Positions 1 to 11,477 of a stretch of DNA of 64,000 bases are shown piece by piece. Location of the stretch: NCBI RefSeq assembly GCF_000143415.4, contig NW_003314261.1:2739266-2803265 (forward strand), given 5' to 3'. The DNA comes from Selaginella moellendorffii. Its lineage: Eukaryota; Plantae; Lycopodiophyta. Each line of letters starts with the position of its first letter. The stretch's first letter is position 1. Both the position numbers and the translations under genes were made by a program. Under the pieces are notes generated by a model that did not search any database, was not told the DNA's origin, and saw only the letters and a list, made by a program, of their open reading frames with translations.

Positions 1-317
1 CAAAAAATTTAGATTTGCCAACAAAAAAAATTAAATCTGTTAAAATTAAATTTATCTCATCCAAAATTTTCCTTCTATTTAAATAAATTGGTAAAATATA
101 AATTACAACTATTTTGAAATTACACATCTTTTTCGTATTTTGTACTGTGAAAGATAAATCTACATTGTAGAATAGTATGCTGGAAAGAATCCATTAGTGA
201 ACCAAATGAAGCTTCTCAGCCATTAGGAATTAACATACCATATATGCATTGGGAACATCTGGCAAATGTGACAGGGAACGTAGAAGGAGAAACACTGGAG
301 CCAGCAATCCTGTTCTT

Positions 318-2099
318 TCAGTGCAACACAAGTTCTCGATTGGGGAGGAAATCCATGGAGGACGAAGAAGAGGAAGAAGAAGTTTGTTTTGGATCTTGGG
401 TACCGATTCCGAGCTCCTTCATCGTCGTCCGGACTCTGGCAACGCCGGCCCAGTCCCCGACCGCGGCATACAAGTTGGAGAGCAAGATGTAAGGTGCCGT
501 TCGTCCGGGACTTAGTTTTGTGGCGACATCAGCAGCTCTCTCGCCGCGCTTCACGTCCTTGTGACGCACGCACGCATCCAGGAGCGTGATCCAGCCGATG
601 GCATCCGGCTCGAACGGCATCGAGCAAAGCAGCTCCTCGGCATGGGTGACAAGCCCGGATCGTCCGAGATGGCTGGCCATGCACAGAAAGTGATCATAGA
701 CTGGAAGGATGCCAAAGTCGGAGGTCATGGACAGGAAGAAGGCGTGGACGCTCTTCGAGTTTCCAGTGTGGCAGCAAGCCGCTAGAACGCTGGTGAGAGT
801 TATCCGGTTTGGATCCAGGCCATGAAGGAGCATCCGGTGGAAGAGCTCGAGGCCGAGCTTGGCGTGGCCGCTCTGGGCGTGGCCGGAGATTATAACGTTC
901 CAGGCGGGAACTCCTCGGTGGTCGGGCATCTGGAGAAAGAGCTCCAGGGCGGTGGCAAGCTGCGCGTTCTGGGAGTAGACCGCGATCACTGCGCTCCAGC
1001 CAATGAGATCTCTCGAGGGCATTCGATCAAAGAGGTCCTTGGAGCCGCCCAAGTTGCCGCTATGCGAGAGCGCGACGAGCAGCGTGGTCCAGGAGACGAC
1101 GTTCTTGGCGGGAATGTGCTGGAATAATCTCCGGGCTTGATCAAGATGCCCGGCCTGAGCATATGCCGCGAGCATCGTGTTCCAGGTAACCACGTCTCTC
1201 TCCAGCATTCCATCAAAGAGGGATTCTGTTTGCTCGAGGCTACCGTACCGGAGATGGGCCGTGAGGAGGAGATTGTACGCCAGCACGTCTGGGTGGCCCA
1301 TCGCCTCTAGTACGGACCTCGCCTCGTCCAAATGCCCTAGATTGGCTAATGCGGTGATCATCACGGTCCAGGAGACGGCCGTGCGCGCAGGGATCTTCCG
1401 AAATATCGCCCTCGCGCGATCGATCTCGCCACAGGCTCCGTGCGCCGCGATGATCGATGTCCAGGAGATGACATTCTTGATCGGCAGAGCCGCGAAGAGG
1501 AGCTGGGATTGTTCTAGGTCCTCGGCGGCGGCGTAGGCCGCGATCATCACGTTCCAGGCCGCGGAGTCCCACTCCGGCAGGAGATCGAACAAGATCCTGG
1601 CGTCGCGCAGCCGATCGTTGTCCGCTAGCGCCGTGAGCATCGCAGTCCAGGCGACGAGGTCTTTCTCCGGCATTTGGTCGAAGAGGCTCGAGGCCTCGGC
1701 GATATTTCGGTCCTGCGCGTTGGCTGTGATCATCGCGGTCCAAGAAGCTGGGGTTCGTTGCCGCATCGTGTCGAAGATCTCTCGCGCCTGGGGGAGCTTG
1801 CCGTGACTCACATAGGCGGAAATCATCGCGGTGCCTGAGAAGGCATTGCCGCGCTGCCCGATCGAATCGAAGACCGCCTTGGCTTCCTCGAGGCATCCAC
1901 AGCTTCCATACATCCGGATGAGGAGATTCTGGAGGAGGATGTCGCCGCCGAAGCCAGCATCGACGATCTGCTCGTGCAAGCGCCTGCCATGGCCGAGATT
2001 CTTGGAGCTGACGCACTGGCGAAGGAGCGTGACGAAGGATGTCCGTTGGTGGTAGCTGGCCCGCGAGATTTCGTTCTGGAGCGATCGAGGCAAGATCAT
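318..2099 (-). CDS. PLS-class pentatricopeptide repeat protein with E domain and no DYW domain (probable organellar RNA editing factor)
   Basis: 593-aa intronless ORF with tandem ~31-aa PPR motifs (e.g. FDQMPEKDLVAWTAML, FDGMLERDVVTWNTML), a P-L-S triplet (PNRITLTSVLAACCH, GILPVYDHFLCM) and an E motif (PFEPDAIGWITLLDAC...PYILLSNLYA). It ends without a DYW domain. Confidence 0.93.
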   Translation of the reverse strand: MILPRSLQNEISRASYHQRTSFVTLLRQCVSSKNLGHGRRLHEQIVDAGFGGDILLQNLLIRMYGSCGCLEEAKAVFDSIGQRGNAFSGTAMISAYVSHGKLPQAREIFDTMRQRTPASWTAMITANAQDRNIAEASSLFDQMPEKDLVAWTAMLTALADNDRLRDARILFDLLPEWDSAAWNVMIAAYAAAEDLEQSQLLFAALPIKNVISWTSIIAAHGACGEIDRARAIFRKIPARTAVSWTVMITALANLGHLDEARSVLEAMGHPDVLAYNLLLTAHLRYGSLEQTESLFDGMLERDVVTWNTMLAAYAQAGHLDQARRLFQHIPAKNVVSWTTLLVALSHSGNLGGSKDLFDRMPSRDLIGWSAVIAVYSQNAQLATALELFLQMPDHRGVPAWNVIISGHAQSGHAKLGLELFHRMLLHGLDPNRITLTSVLAACCHTGNSKSVHAFFLSMTSDFGILPVYDHFLCMASHLGRSGLVTHAEELLCSMPFEPDAIGWITLLDACVRHKDVKRGERAADVATKLSPGRTAPYILLSNLYAAVGDWAGVARVRTTMKELGIGTQDPKQTSSSSSSSSMDFLPNRELVLH

Positions 2100-2148
2100 A
2101 CAGAAGAAATTCTTTTAATTCTTGTGTGTTTCTTGTGTAGCCCTAGCT

Positions 2149-3060
2149 ATGGCGGAGGCGAGGGAGGCGAGGCGGCAGAGGATTCTTCGCCGCGGCGCTG
2201 ATCGCTTGGCTTTCATTACGGGAGAATCCAAATCTCTGGTGCCGGGTGAGTGCCGTCCTTCTCTAGATCATGCTATTCCATTGGGTCCAGCTGAAGATCT
2301 TTCCTTTCTCGTCGTAGATGAGGAGAAAGAGAAGGATTTGACGAAGAAAGAGCTGGTCGAGGATAGACCAGCCAGCTCCTTGGATCGAAAACAAGAAATC
2401 GAGGAAGATTCTTTAAGCTCCCTGAACGATCAATCCGGTGATCAGCAGCAGCAAGAGCAAAACAAGGATCCTGGAAAGGAAAATGGTGGCAAAGGTTTGG
2501 AAGAACTCGATCTCACGCGAAGACCACCTAGCCAGGATCATCAGCCAGCAGCAGCAAACCCGTCTCCCACGCATTCCTCGCCAAAGTCCGGAGCACCATC
2601 GATCTCCCCATGGAAGGCACTCTCGTCATCGATCGAGTCCTCGAGGCTCGCTCGAGCAATCCTCGCGGTGGCCATCGCCGTGACGGTGGCATTCCAGAGC
2701 ACGGCGGCCGAGTGTGGCGGTGGCAAACTGGACGACTACAACCTCTTCGCCGCTATCCAGCCGACGATGCTGCTCTTCACCACCAGCATCGCGCTCGTCG
2801 CCGCCCTGGCGCTGCTAAAATCCAAGAACACCACCACCACCACCACCACCACCACCACCACCACCAAGGAAACGCCGACGATACTTTCTTCGAGGCTTAA
2901 GAACAGTGGTGGCGTGAGAATCCCGGGGATGTGGGGCGACGCCATCGACGCTTTCCTGGCCGCCAGGAGGATCACGGCGGCGCTCTCGGCGGATCTGGGC
3001 ATTTACGTGGTGGCGATGGTTTGCGCGATGGCTTGTGCCCGGCCATGGATTTGTCAATAG
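2149..3060 (+). CDS. GET2: GET2/CAML-like (G1IP-type) ER membrane receptor for tail-anchored protein insertion
   Basis: N-terminus MAEAREARRQRILRRGADRLAFITGE matches the basic N-terminal motif of plant GET2/G1IP and CAML. There are three C-terminal hydrophobic segments and an ATG at 2149. A probable in-frame 72-nt intron lies at 2246-2317 (GTGAGT...TTTCTCGTCGTAG). Confidence 0.8.
   Translation: MAEAREARRQRILRRGADRLAFITGESKSLVPGECRPSLDHAIPLGPAEDLSFLVVDEEKEKDLTKKELVEDRPASSLDRKQEIEEDSLSSLNDQSGDQQQQEQNKDPGKENGGKGLEELDLTRRPPSQDHQPAAANPSPTHSSPKSGAPSISPWKALSSSIESSRLARAILAVAIAVTVAFQSTAAECGGGKLDDYNLFAAIQPTMLLFTTSIALVAALALLKSKNTTTTTTTTTTTTKETPTILSSRLKNSGGVRIPGMWGDAIDAFLAARRITAALSADLGIYVVAMVCAMACARPWICQ
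2829..2865 (+). repeat. (ACC)n microsatellite encoding poly-Thr within the GET2-like gene
   Basis: About 12 ACC units, read directly from the sequence. Confidence 0.9.
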
Positions 3061-3202
3061 AATCCTGTTACGGCTATAATGGTATTATTAGATGCTCTCT
3101 TCTCTCTCTCTTAGCTTTCTCCAAGATCTCGGGCCTGGATTGGTCTCTTTTTGTTGAGGAAAAGAAGGAGAAATTCTCGATCGATTAGGTCGGGCAGATC
3201 AG

Positions 3203-3919
3203 ATGGGCGGCGACGCCGCTACTCCTCCGCCACCGCCGCTGTGCCCGAGCAGCAGCAACATCAAATGGCACGCGGGGTGTGTGACCAAGATCCAGCGCAG
3301 CAATCTCCTCCGCCAAAAGGGCTGCATCGTCTGGTTCACGGGGCTGAGCGGCTCCGGCAAGAGCTCTGTGGCGTGCGCGCTCGAGACGCGGCTGGCGGCG
3401 CTGGGCAAGCTCGCCTACGTCCTCGACGGCGACAACGTCCGCCACGGCCTCAACAGCAACCTGGGCTTCTCCGCCGCCGACCGCGCCGAGAACATCCGCC
3501 GCGTGGGCGAGGTCGCCAAGCTCTTCGCCGACGCGGGGCTGGTCACCCTCGTCAGCCTCATCTCGCCGTATCGATCCCACCGCGACGCCGTGCGCTCCTC
3601 GGTCGGATCGCCCAGCTTCATCGAGGTGTTCATGGATGTCCCTCTCGAGGTATGCGAGCAGCGCGACTGCAAGGGGCTGTACAGGATGGCGCGGGCGGGC
3701 GTCATCAAGGGCTTCACGGGGATTGACGATCCTTACGAGCGCCCGCTCCGGCCGGAGATTTGCTTGAGAGCTTTCGATGCCGGGGATGGCTCCGCGGTCT
3801 CGCTCCACTCCATGGCGCAGACGGTGGTGGATTACTTGGCCCAGCACGGCTTCCTCTCCAGCTATGACTGCTCCGGGGACGCGGGAGCTCCCGCCGCCGC
3901 CGCGAATGGGAGCTGTTGA
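3203..3919 (+). CDS. APK: Adenylyl-sulfate (APS) kinase, intronless, with no transit peptide (probably cytosolic)
   Basis: Contains the P-loop WFTGLSGSGKS plus LDGDNVRHGL, ENIRRVGEVAKLFADAG, SLISPYR, RDCKGLY and FTGIDDPYE. Confidence 0.96.
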   Translation: MGGDAATPPPPPLCPSSSNIKWHAGCVTKIQRSNLLRQKGCIVWFTGLSGSGKSSVACALETRLAALGKLAYVLDGDNVRHGLNSNLGFSAADRAENIRRVGEVAKLFADAGLVTLVSLISPYRSHRDAVRSSVGSPSFIEVFMDVPLEVCEQRDCKGLYRMARAGVIKGFTGIDDPYERPLRPEICLRAFDAGDGSAVSLHSMAQTVVDYLAQHGFLSSYDCSGDAGAPAAAANGSC

Positions 3920-6312
3920 CAGAGAGCGCCTGCTTTATCAGTGGGAGAATAAGTTGCAATGTCTACTCCTTGTAGACATGACGCACACAACTAACGATTG
4001 TTATTATGTTTCTAGTGAAAGATGTGGGGAAGATTCAGCCTTGCTTTGGCGAGGCTGACGATTCAAGTAAATAAAGAACGTTCCATTTTATCACTGACAC
4101 TTTTTTGCCAGGCTGTGATCACCTCGCGGGAAAAGATACCGCATTGTGCAACAAGGGTGAGCTGCAAGAGATTTTTTGTTTCAAAAGTATTAGGTTTAGA
4201 TTGAAACCTTCAAGAACTATTTTCATGAGTTTTTCTGATACTAATTATATAGATAGATAAATATAAGATCTTGTAGCTGGTCAAGGTTTGTGAAGATTAA
4301 TTATCATACACTAACAATAGTGGCAGGGATTTCTAATGAAAATTTTATAAATGAATTTGGCAATTCCTTTAATATGATTACTAGGATTAATTTGATATTA
4401 TTTGGAAGTTCCATTTGTGATTATTGATGCAGCATTAATTTGAATGCTTCTACTAAAGCTAAAATTTTAGACAGTATTAGTTTTTATCTTTAAAAAAGAA
4501 TAGGAACAATACAAAGATGAGACAATTATGGCAAAGGGAAAACTGATGGTTCCCAAACCTAAGAATAGTCCATGTGAATTTTTAGTGTTACTTTTTACAA
4601 AATTTGCAAACTTACTTACATCACATTTAAATTGCTGTAGGGATTGGAAAGTGATGTGTATATGTATGCATTTGGATGAGTTCTCATAGGGTCCCACCAC
4701 ATCATCATGCCATATGGTAAATACACATTGGACTGCCAAATCAGAAAGGGTAAAGTGAGGGTTTTTTAACTCCTCAGAGTCACATTTACATGGCACATTC
4801 TTTTGTGAGCTCTTGGCTTCTCTTGAGCATATAGCAAGTAGCCAGGATTTTTACAGTATCATCTATTATAGTGTGAGGTTTTTTCTCACATTTATGGGTG
4901 TTGTAATGCATCATTGTGCATGTAGAGTGCAAGGATCAATTAGTGGTCACACATTGACATTGACTAGGATCATTGGAAGTTGGCCACAAATGCAAGTTTT
5001 TTCTTGTGGCTGTCTTCACCAGAATGTTGCAGTAAGGTATGTGATTTTTTTTCTCAATCCAGCCATCATGATTTCTCAAGGATTGAATGTAAACATGGTT
5101 TTTTCTCCAAAACATACATTGTATGTAAGCAACAATTTCTTTATTTGCGAGTTGTGAGTTATAGTGACCATATTTTTCCTATGTACATAGCATTATTTCT
5201 CACAATTGAAGTGAGTTTTTCTCTTGCACATGGCAATAAGCGTAACACTACATATGAATAATGATATCGAAAGCACATGCTCATGGTTATTATTTTCTTT
5301 TGAAATATAGATTCTATATGGCTCCATTGTGCTCTTTTGAGCAATGCATGGATACAAAGAAACGAACCAAACAATTTGCTAGCTTCATCAGGACATATGT
5401 AACAATCATGAAAATTACATTGACATATCTTTGTGAGCATCCATTGTTGGTACATCCTTAAGCACATACAAACTATAAGTCCTTTACTGTTTACTTTTGA
5501 GTGTAGACTGTGAACACACATTACGGGTGTATAATATATAAGCCAAACAAACACATTGTTTGCATCACTTATGGCAATGTAAGTGAGACACTTTACATTT
5601 GAATGAATCAAAATTTATAGTTTACTTTCATAGTTCTCACTTATAAGATTCTGTAAAATCTTAAGTCCAGCTTAAAATTGTTGCCATGGTCCTCACTTAC
5701 AAGATTGTACACTGCCAATGCCAATCAAGAGTGTCGCTCACACCATTAAAAAAACATGCTGAAAATGAGCTCCCACACAATACTGCCCAAAAACTTAAAC
5801 CCCATTGTTGTAAAATGGCCCTTGATGACTGCATTTCCCACATGCCATTGTGTTTTCATATTTGGCATGAAAAATGGTATGGGCACAAAAAATAGTTTCA
5901 AGACATGTTTGTAAGTTTTGAGAACTTTCAATATTTGCAAAAAAGTTATACATTCACATGTGACATATGCCTACACATATGTGTCGAGCCTACTTCCTCC
6001 TTGCCAAACCTGTTGCCACTTAGGTTCAATCTAGTCTTATCTAGGTTTGGTCTAGGCCCACCTTTGGCAAATCCAAGTTTGGCATATCCAAACCACTACA
6101 TCACATTTCCGTTGCCATAATAGCTAAATATAAACATATTATAAATATAGGTAGTACTAATATAAGGAATTTTGGCTTTTAAATTAAAAATAAACTAGTG
6201 TTCTTTTTTCCCTAATTAAATGACTAACAAGTCAGGTAAATATCAATGCATTCTAGATCTAATTGCTTTTTTCTTTTCTTTCTTATAGTATTTCTATACT
6301 ATTTAAATAAAA

Positions 6313-7860
6313 TCAGGTTGTGTTAACAAATTAGGACCAGATGCATATATAAGGCTAATTTCCACTTTTGAATCTCAAATAAAACTTGAAGCATTGCATC
6401 TTTATCACACTATTGAACATTGTCAAGTAGATACTTTTGATATTGAGGATGGATGTATTTCACTAAACAATGAGATATGTTCACTTTAAGTTTTATGAAT
6501 TAATAGAAGGTAATCATGTAAACTGGTGGATCACATCTCAATACAAGGATAAAAATGGAAATATATTAAGAAGTACTCAGTTTGAAATAAATGTGTGGCT
6601 TCTCCATCAAATTAACAGATTAAACAATAAAATGTGTTTTCAATAGCAAAGAGAAATGCAAAGTTTATGGATGCTGATGTGATACTTGTCAGCTCTTCAA
6701 AGTGGTCACACAAAAATATAATATGTAATAGACACTTGAGAGCACATAAAAACAGTGATTTTCTACTTATATTGTAAAATACATGTAATCATTTATTGCC
6801 TTGTGTGCTGAGGATGTTGACAATTATAAATAAGAAAAAGTCTCTCAATCTCCAGAAATTCAGTTTAGCAATGCTGCCTTGACCTTCTAAGACACATCTA
6901 CAAGATGTGACAAAATACTATACCCCACAACATTTATGAAGAGGCCAAGCAATCCCAGAATTTGTAGCATTCTAAAGAGTTAGATACATTGGCAAGAAAA
7001 AATAATAAATAATAAATAAAATATATTTATAAGAAATTTTTGTTTTGTTTTAGAAATAAAAAATAGGTACATTTAAAAGTTTTCTAATCTCAAATATTTA
7101 CATTCTATGTTTAATATTTTTTTATACTATTCAAATAAAAACTGGTTGTATGGATAAAGCAGGTACAGCTGCTGATATAAACCTTGTTTTTTACATTTAG
7201 ATCTAAAGTAGAACTAAAAGCCTACAAAAAAGCATAATGATTTTAAAAATATCAAAAAGATACTTTTAATATTCAAGATAAATATTTAATAAATGTTGAG
7301 CTACATTACCTTGATGTTCTGCAAAAAAATCACAGTAGTAATGTAAAAAGGTTTATCAAATGGATTAAATTTGATTTAAAAAAAGTAGATAGATATATAA
7401 TCAGAAGGAATCTCCAACAATTACATGGATTGTCCAGAAACTTACAACATTAAAAAGTGAATTGTGCTTTGCATAATTATGAAACATGTTTTAGATAATT
7501 TTAAGCAATAATATACACAGAGTGATACTTATGACCTCTGAAAATGAGATTCTGGCCATTAGGAATCCATGTTATGGTTAGAAGAATTTTTCTCAATCAG
7601 CTTGATAAGAAAGGCCAAAGGACTATCATTCTATGGAATATAAATAACACAAAATCAGTGATTTACAGTCCTGTGTATTGACAAAGTTGATGCTTATAAA
7701 TGGAAAACAAGTTTGTCACCTCCAAAACTATTGTCTAGAAATCTAACACTATGCTACTTTAACTTTGTAGGACACATTTGCAAGATGTCACAAGATACCA
7801 TACCATAATAGTTGGGAGGAAGCCAAGGAACCTAGAATCTGCAGCTGCATTTTGAAGTGA
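6313..7860 (+). pseudogene. Two degenerate tandem coding-like units (~6290-6980 and ~7120-7860), possibly CVNH-like relics
   Basis: The units resemble each other (e.g. aaaacagtgattttctac / aaaatcagtgatttacag; caagatgtgacaaaatacta / caagatgtcacaagatacca). Stop-interrupted translation gives GCVNKLGPDAYIRL..LEAL..TFDIEDGCISLNN and ITSQYKDKNGNILRSTQFEIN, loosely like CVNH repeats. Confidence 0.3.
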
Positions 7861-10800
7861 TTGAGTTGCAAAAAATAGAGATTTCATCAACCAATAAATT
7901 AAGAATTTACTAAAATGACAATGCATACCTCGAGCCAAGAGAGAAGATAAAGCCCAAGGGTTGATGTAAGGCTGTTGTGAAACTCAAGTGCTGAGAGTGC
8001 TGTTGGCAGCCATTCTCAAGAGCACAGAAGATGTGTGCTATCTTGGCTCAACCAAGGAATCATGGGTGTTTTTGTTGAAGCTGCCTTTGGAGGCTCTAGA
8101 AGGTCAAGCTCCAGACTTCGGGGATATATATATATATATATATAGGAAAAATAAAACCATAAAGGGAATAAAATCTTCACATTCTACTATAATATTTACA
8201 TTTAGACCATTGCACTCCCCTATAAACTTAAGATTTCTTTCAAGCTTACTACTTAAGGAGTTATATTCTCACCAGATATGTGAACAAAAGCTCTTTTCTT
8301 TTCTTTGCCTTTCCTTTTTAACCACTGACTAAGCTAATATATTATATGCTATCCTACTCATGGGTCCTGATACTCTCATATATGCTCCAACAAAGGTATG
8401 GGCAAGTAGAAATCTTGCATGCAACAAAGTTGCTTGGCCTTTCTGACCGGAAACACCTTGAATTTTAAAGAGGTCTGAATGAGATGAAGCAACAGCTCAA
8501 AGCAGAATATGCTACCGTAAGGCAATAGAATATGCACCATTCTGACAGAATATGTTTTGGCTTCACTGAAACAGAGCTGCGAGGAGGAATCTACCAGCTG
8601 AGTGCATACAACATTGCTGCTGCCTCATCCCTGGCTGTTCTTAAACCTGCTCAAAAAAGCTCTATGAGTTTGTATAGGCTGTAGTGTAGTCCTTTCTGTG
8701 TATCGTCCTCTCTTCCTCTTTGTGTATCGTGTATAGACAATTTCAATCTAAGGAACTTCCGGCTCTTCTGCAAAGGGTTGTGTTTATCATTCTGAGATGC
8801 ATTTGGCTCTCATGGCCACTTAGTTTTGCAGAGAGGAGAAATGGCCTTCTTGGCAACAGTAGCAGCAGCAGTAGTGCAGAAAAACAAATCACACAAATAT
8901 CACCAGCACCAGAGAAAACACCATGAGAAGTAGCAATCTAGGCATCAATCTTCTACTCTGAAAGTGAACACCACAAATCAAGAAGTACAAATAGCAAAGA
9001 GAAAAAAAAAACGAAGAAACAAGAACTTACAAGATACTGTAGTGGTCATGCAAAATCAATGACACAAACCATAGGAATATTCAAAGAATATTCCATGGCC
9101 CATGGGATTTAAGGCTGTAATGCCTTAAGGGAGGTTGGCCTAGGGTTCACTCTCTTATTCATTTCATTGGTATTGGAGCAGCATATTCTTTTAGGGATGG
9201 TAGATGAGCAAGATGTTGATTTTGATGAGGAGTATGGCATTAATGATGGTGGCCATGACGATGAAGAAGAATCTCTTGATGATATCTTTGTGCAGCAAGG
9301 ACACCAGATTTCTCAGGTTCAGAGCAACATAAAAGAGGTTAAGAATTCCATCAATCTCATTAAGGATTTTTTGCTTTGTATAGACCCTTAAGGGTTGAAT
9401 CAATCTCATATTTGTGATTACCATTGGTATGTCAAACATGCCAAAAATTATGGTATTATGGAATGGAAGTCATTACTAGATATTTGTGATAGTCAGGAGG
9501 TTAATTCTTGGTTGGAATTGTGGGAAAGTTATTAATCTTACAATCCATGTGAGGATAAAGTGAAGATTAATTTTTTTGTGATAAAGCTTATAGGTGATGC
9601 TTCTTTGTGGTGAAAGAATTACATCAAAGCTAATCTAAAGCTAACTTCTTGGATTGATTTGACAAAGGTTTTTCACACTTCATTTGTCAAGAAGTTTGAA
9701 AAGGTTGATCTTATAAACTAACTATTAGAGATTCAATAAAGGATTTTGTCTTTAGATGCGTATACTTGCAAGTTCTATGATCTTTGTTTTAGTCTCACAG
9801 GCACCTATAAGGAGTTGCTAAAGGTGCAATGTTTCATCAAAAGTTTAAGCTCAATAGATATGCAATAAAAGGTCAAGAAGGATTTTCTAACAATGTTGAT
9901 TGATGCTATCACTAAGGCTCAAATCTTTTCACCCTAACCATCAGTCAACTTGGTCAACTATGGTCAACAGGATGGTCTATGGGGTAGTCAACATGATGAC
10001 CAGCTTGCTAGTGCTTCATATTTAGGGAAGAAACAGCTATTGTTCTATCATGGCTTGAAGAGTGAAGATAGTACCAAGGCTAAGAAGCTTTATTTAGACC
10101 AATGGAAGAAAAATAAGGTGGAGGGCAATTGTTTTCGTTACTATAGGGTAAAGATTGTCTTAAAAAGGTTAACGAATTCTAAAGTGAATGTGGTGGGATC
10201 TATCAGCTCAAGCATTTGTTATGATAGATCTTTCACATCTAGCTTCTTATGGTTGAGACAGATGCAAGTGATATTGCTATTAGAGCCATTTTGCTTCAAG
10301 TTGGGCATCCTTTTACATATATGAGCCATAAGTTTGATGCCACACTACAGAATTGGCCTACTTGAGATAAAGAGTTGTATGTTGTGACCACTACTGTGAA
10401 GGAATGGTGACATTATTTGTATAGATTGGATTTCCATATGGATTCAAATCATCAGTCTTTTTAGTATTTCAGTCGACAAAAGGATCTTTGAGGCTGCCTT
10501 GCTCCTTGGCAAGAGTTCCTGCAAGAAATGTCTGTTAAGATCCGATACAAGAATAGAGGTGACAATAAGGTGGTTGATGCATTATTTAGGATGGTAAATT
10601 CTATTTCATTTATGAAGCTATCTAGCAATCTCTTGGATGAGTTTAAGGAGTTTTCTAACTTCAACTCCTTTATCACTGATATTCGTGTAAAGGTTTTGTC
10701 GAGGGACGCCTTTATAGATTTGAAGGGTGACAAGTTTGTGTCATTTGAGATATGAGATGGAATTTTGATGAAGGGATATGTAGTGGTTTCTTATATGGAC

Positions 10801-11477
10801 AAACTCATCAAATGGATTTTAATTGAGTGTCATAATGTGCCAAGTGCTGGGAGGGTATTGAGAATGTATATGTTGGTGAAAAGGCATTTCTTTTGGTTTG
10901 GGATGTTGAGAAGTATGTACATGGTTGTTTGACTGGCCAAGTGATCAAAGTTGGTCATCAGAAGCTCACTAGCCTCTATCATCCTTTACATGTACTTGCA
11001 AATAAGTGTATGAAACAAGTTCTTTCTAAATGATAAACAAGCCCAACTATTAGATGTACTTGATGGACTTTATCATTAGTTTGCCCAAGACCTTTTGAGG
11101 AAATGATGCTATTTGGGTTGTTGTGGATTACTTCTTCCTCACGAAAACAACAATAAAAACTTCTGAACTTACTTAGTTGTTTGTAGACTAGTTATTCAAT
11201 CTCTATGGTATGGCGGGTGACATTATGAGTGATCCAGATCCCGTCCAAGTTTTGGCAAATAGTCTTTGAGAAGCTAGAAACTAAGTTAAGCATGAGTAGT
11301 GGTGAGCATCCACAATCAAATGGGCAAATAAAGCACATGAATTAATTATTGGAAGATATGCTAAAGTCTTTTGTGGGAAACTTGACTCGACAGGGAGTAT
11401 GGGAGAAGTACTTGCTGTTGTTTCAATTTGCTCACAATAGCGCTCATCAATCAGCTATTGGCATGTCTCCATTTATG

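Noticed and set aside
244-3959. Many overlapping alternative-frame and antisense ORFs over the PPR, GET2 and APK genes
   Set aside because: Shadow ORFs caused by high GC content, with no recognisable motifs.
4400-6120. Short Cys/His-rich ORFs, possibly a decayed transposon
   Set aside because: No interpretable domain or termini could be identified.
7965-8372. Possible solo LTR with a (TA)n tract
   Set aside because: Termini are degenerate and no TSD was found.
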